From: Chitinophaga pinensis
GTDB taxonomy: Bacteria > Pseudomonadota > Gammaproteobacteria > Burkholderiales > Burkholderiaceae_C
Direction: 5' to 3'
DNA length: 64,000 nucleotides
NCBI GenBank assembly: GCA_943370595.1
Contig: CALRRO020000007.1
Coordinates: 38,389-102,388 of the forward strand
This document shows positions 63,272-64,000 of the stretch, one piece after another. The notes beneath the pieces are model-generated. The model did not search any database. It saw nothing but the letters and a program-made list of their open reading frames with translations, and was not told the origin of the DNA. The position numbers and the translations under genes were made by a program. Positions within the stretch are counted from its first letter, which is position 1. Every line of letters begins with the position of its first letter.

Positions 63272-63967
63272 ATGAAGTTCCTGCTGCCCATCGTCGTTGC
63301 GCTGCTGTTGTGCGGCTGCAGCGCGCCGAAGGACGACACCTTCTTCCCGCTCGCCAAGGGCCACCGCTGGGCCTACGAGCTCACCACCGAGTGGGAGAAC
63401 AACATCGTCGAGCACGAGCAGCGCAGCCTCGAGACGCTGGGCCGCGACACGCTGGAGTCCGGCGAAGCCTGGCGGCGGCGCAGCGACAGCGGCGTCGACT
63501 ATTGGCTCCGGAGCGACGCCAGCGGCATCTACCGCGTCGCCACCAAGAGCGAGCTGCAGGCCGAGCCCGAGCCGGACAAGGAGCCGCGCTTCGTGCTGAA
63601 GGCGCCGTACACGGTCGGCACCACCTGGCGCGCCAGCACCACCGCCTACCTGCTGCAGCGGCGCCAGGAGTTCCCCCGCGAGATCCGCCACAGCCACCCG
63701 TCGGTGCCGATGAACTACACGATCGAGGCGGTGGGCGAGAAGGTCGCCACGCGCGCCGGCGAGTTCAGCGGCTGCCTGCGCGTCAAGGGCGTGGCGGCGC
63801 TGCGCTTGTTCGCCGACCCGGTGGCCGGCTGGAAGGACATGGCGCTGACCACCACCGAGTGGTACTGCCCCGGCGCCGGCCTCGTCAAGCTGGTGCGCGA
63901 GGAGCCGGCGCAGTCGACCTTCCTGACCGGCGGAACGCTGACAATGGAGCTGGTCGACTGGCACTGA
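63272..63967 (+). CDS. Hypothetical lipoprotein
   Basis: Lipobox LCGC; beta-rich with EWYCPG.GLVK. Confidence 0.8.
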   Translation: MKFLLPIVVALLLCGCSAPKDDTFFPLAKGHRWAYELTTEWENNIVEHEQRSLETLGRDTLESGEAWRRRSDSGVDYWLRSDASGIYRVATKSELQAEPEPDKEPRFVLKAPYTVGTTWRASTTAYLLQRRQEFPREIRHSHPSVPMNYTIEAVGEKVATRAGEFSGCLRVKGVAALRLFADPVAGWKDMALTTTEWYCPGAGLVKLVREEPAQSTFLTGGTLTMELVDWH

Positions 63968-64000
63968 CCGCTCCCGCTTGAACACCCCCGAACTTCCCCT

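Overview
High-GC betaproteobacterial chromosome segment. Gene content and codon style suggest Burkholderiales (Rubrivivax/Piscinibacter-like; inferred). No rRNA, tRNA, CRISPR, integrase or transposase was seen. Left to right: (1) 0-8.6 kb, a run of small plus-strand accessory genes and a nested palindromic intergenic element. (2) 8.6-19.2 kb, a minus-strand run: bufferin-type RiPP cluster (DUF2282/DUF692/DUF2063/DoxX), YnjBCD-like ABC transporter, DedA/TVP38-disulfide reductase fusion, DUF3047, a SelD-less TIGR03169-like flavoprotein and a ClpP paralog. (3) Nucleoside hydrolase and a CHASE-PAS hybrid kinase. (4) 23.5-41.2 kb, a pyroglutamate-type catabolic region (fused 5-oxoprolinase, DUF1445, two TRAP systems, three DctP, LysR, TPR-GGDEF) that continues into GT2/CofC-like/kinase genes and a membrane Mrr-like gene. 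(5) An orphan PilB/GspE ATPase with four MshEN-like motifs. (6) A ~7 kb compositionally atypical island with a LysR/Bug/hydrolase/SBP module and a stand-alone OLD-family ATPase-TOPRIM nuclease. (7) 52.5-64 kb, a sigma54 alcohol/aldehyde oxidation region: AOR operon, PedF-like cytochrome c, AcoR-like activator, a degenerate PqqB, and an uncharacterised TolQ/ExbB + ExbD-like/YfaP membrane module. The last module is my best candidate for an undescribed system. All family assignments come from motif recognition by eye, not from database searches.
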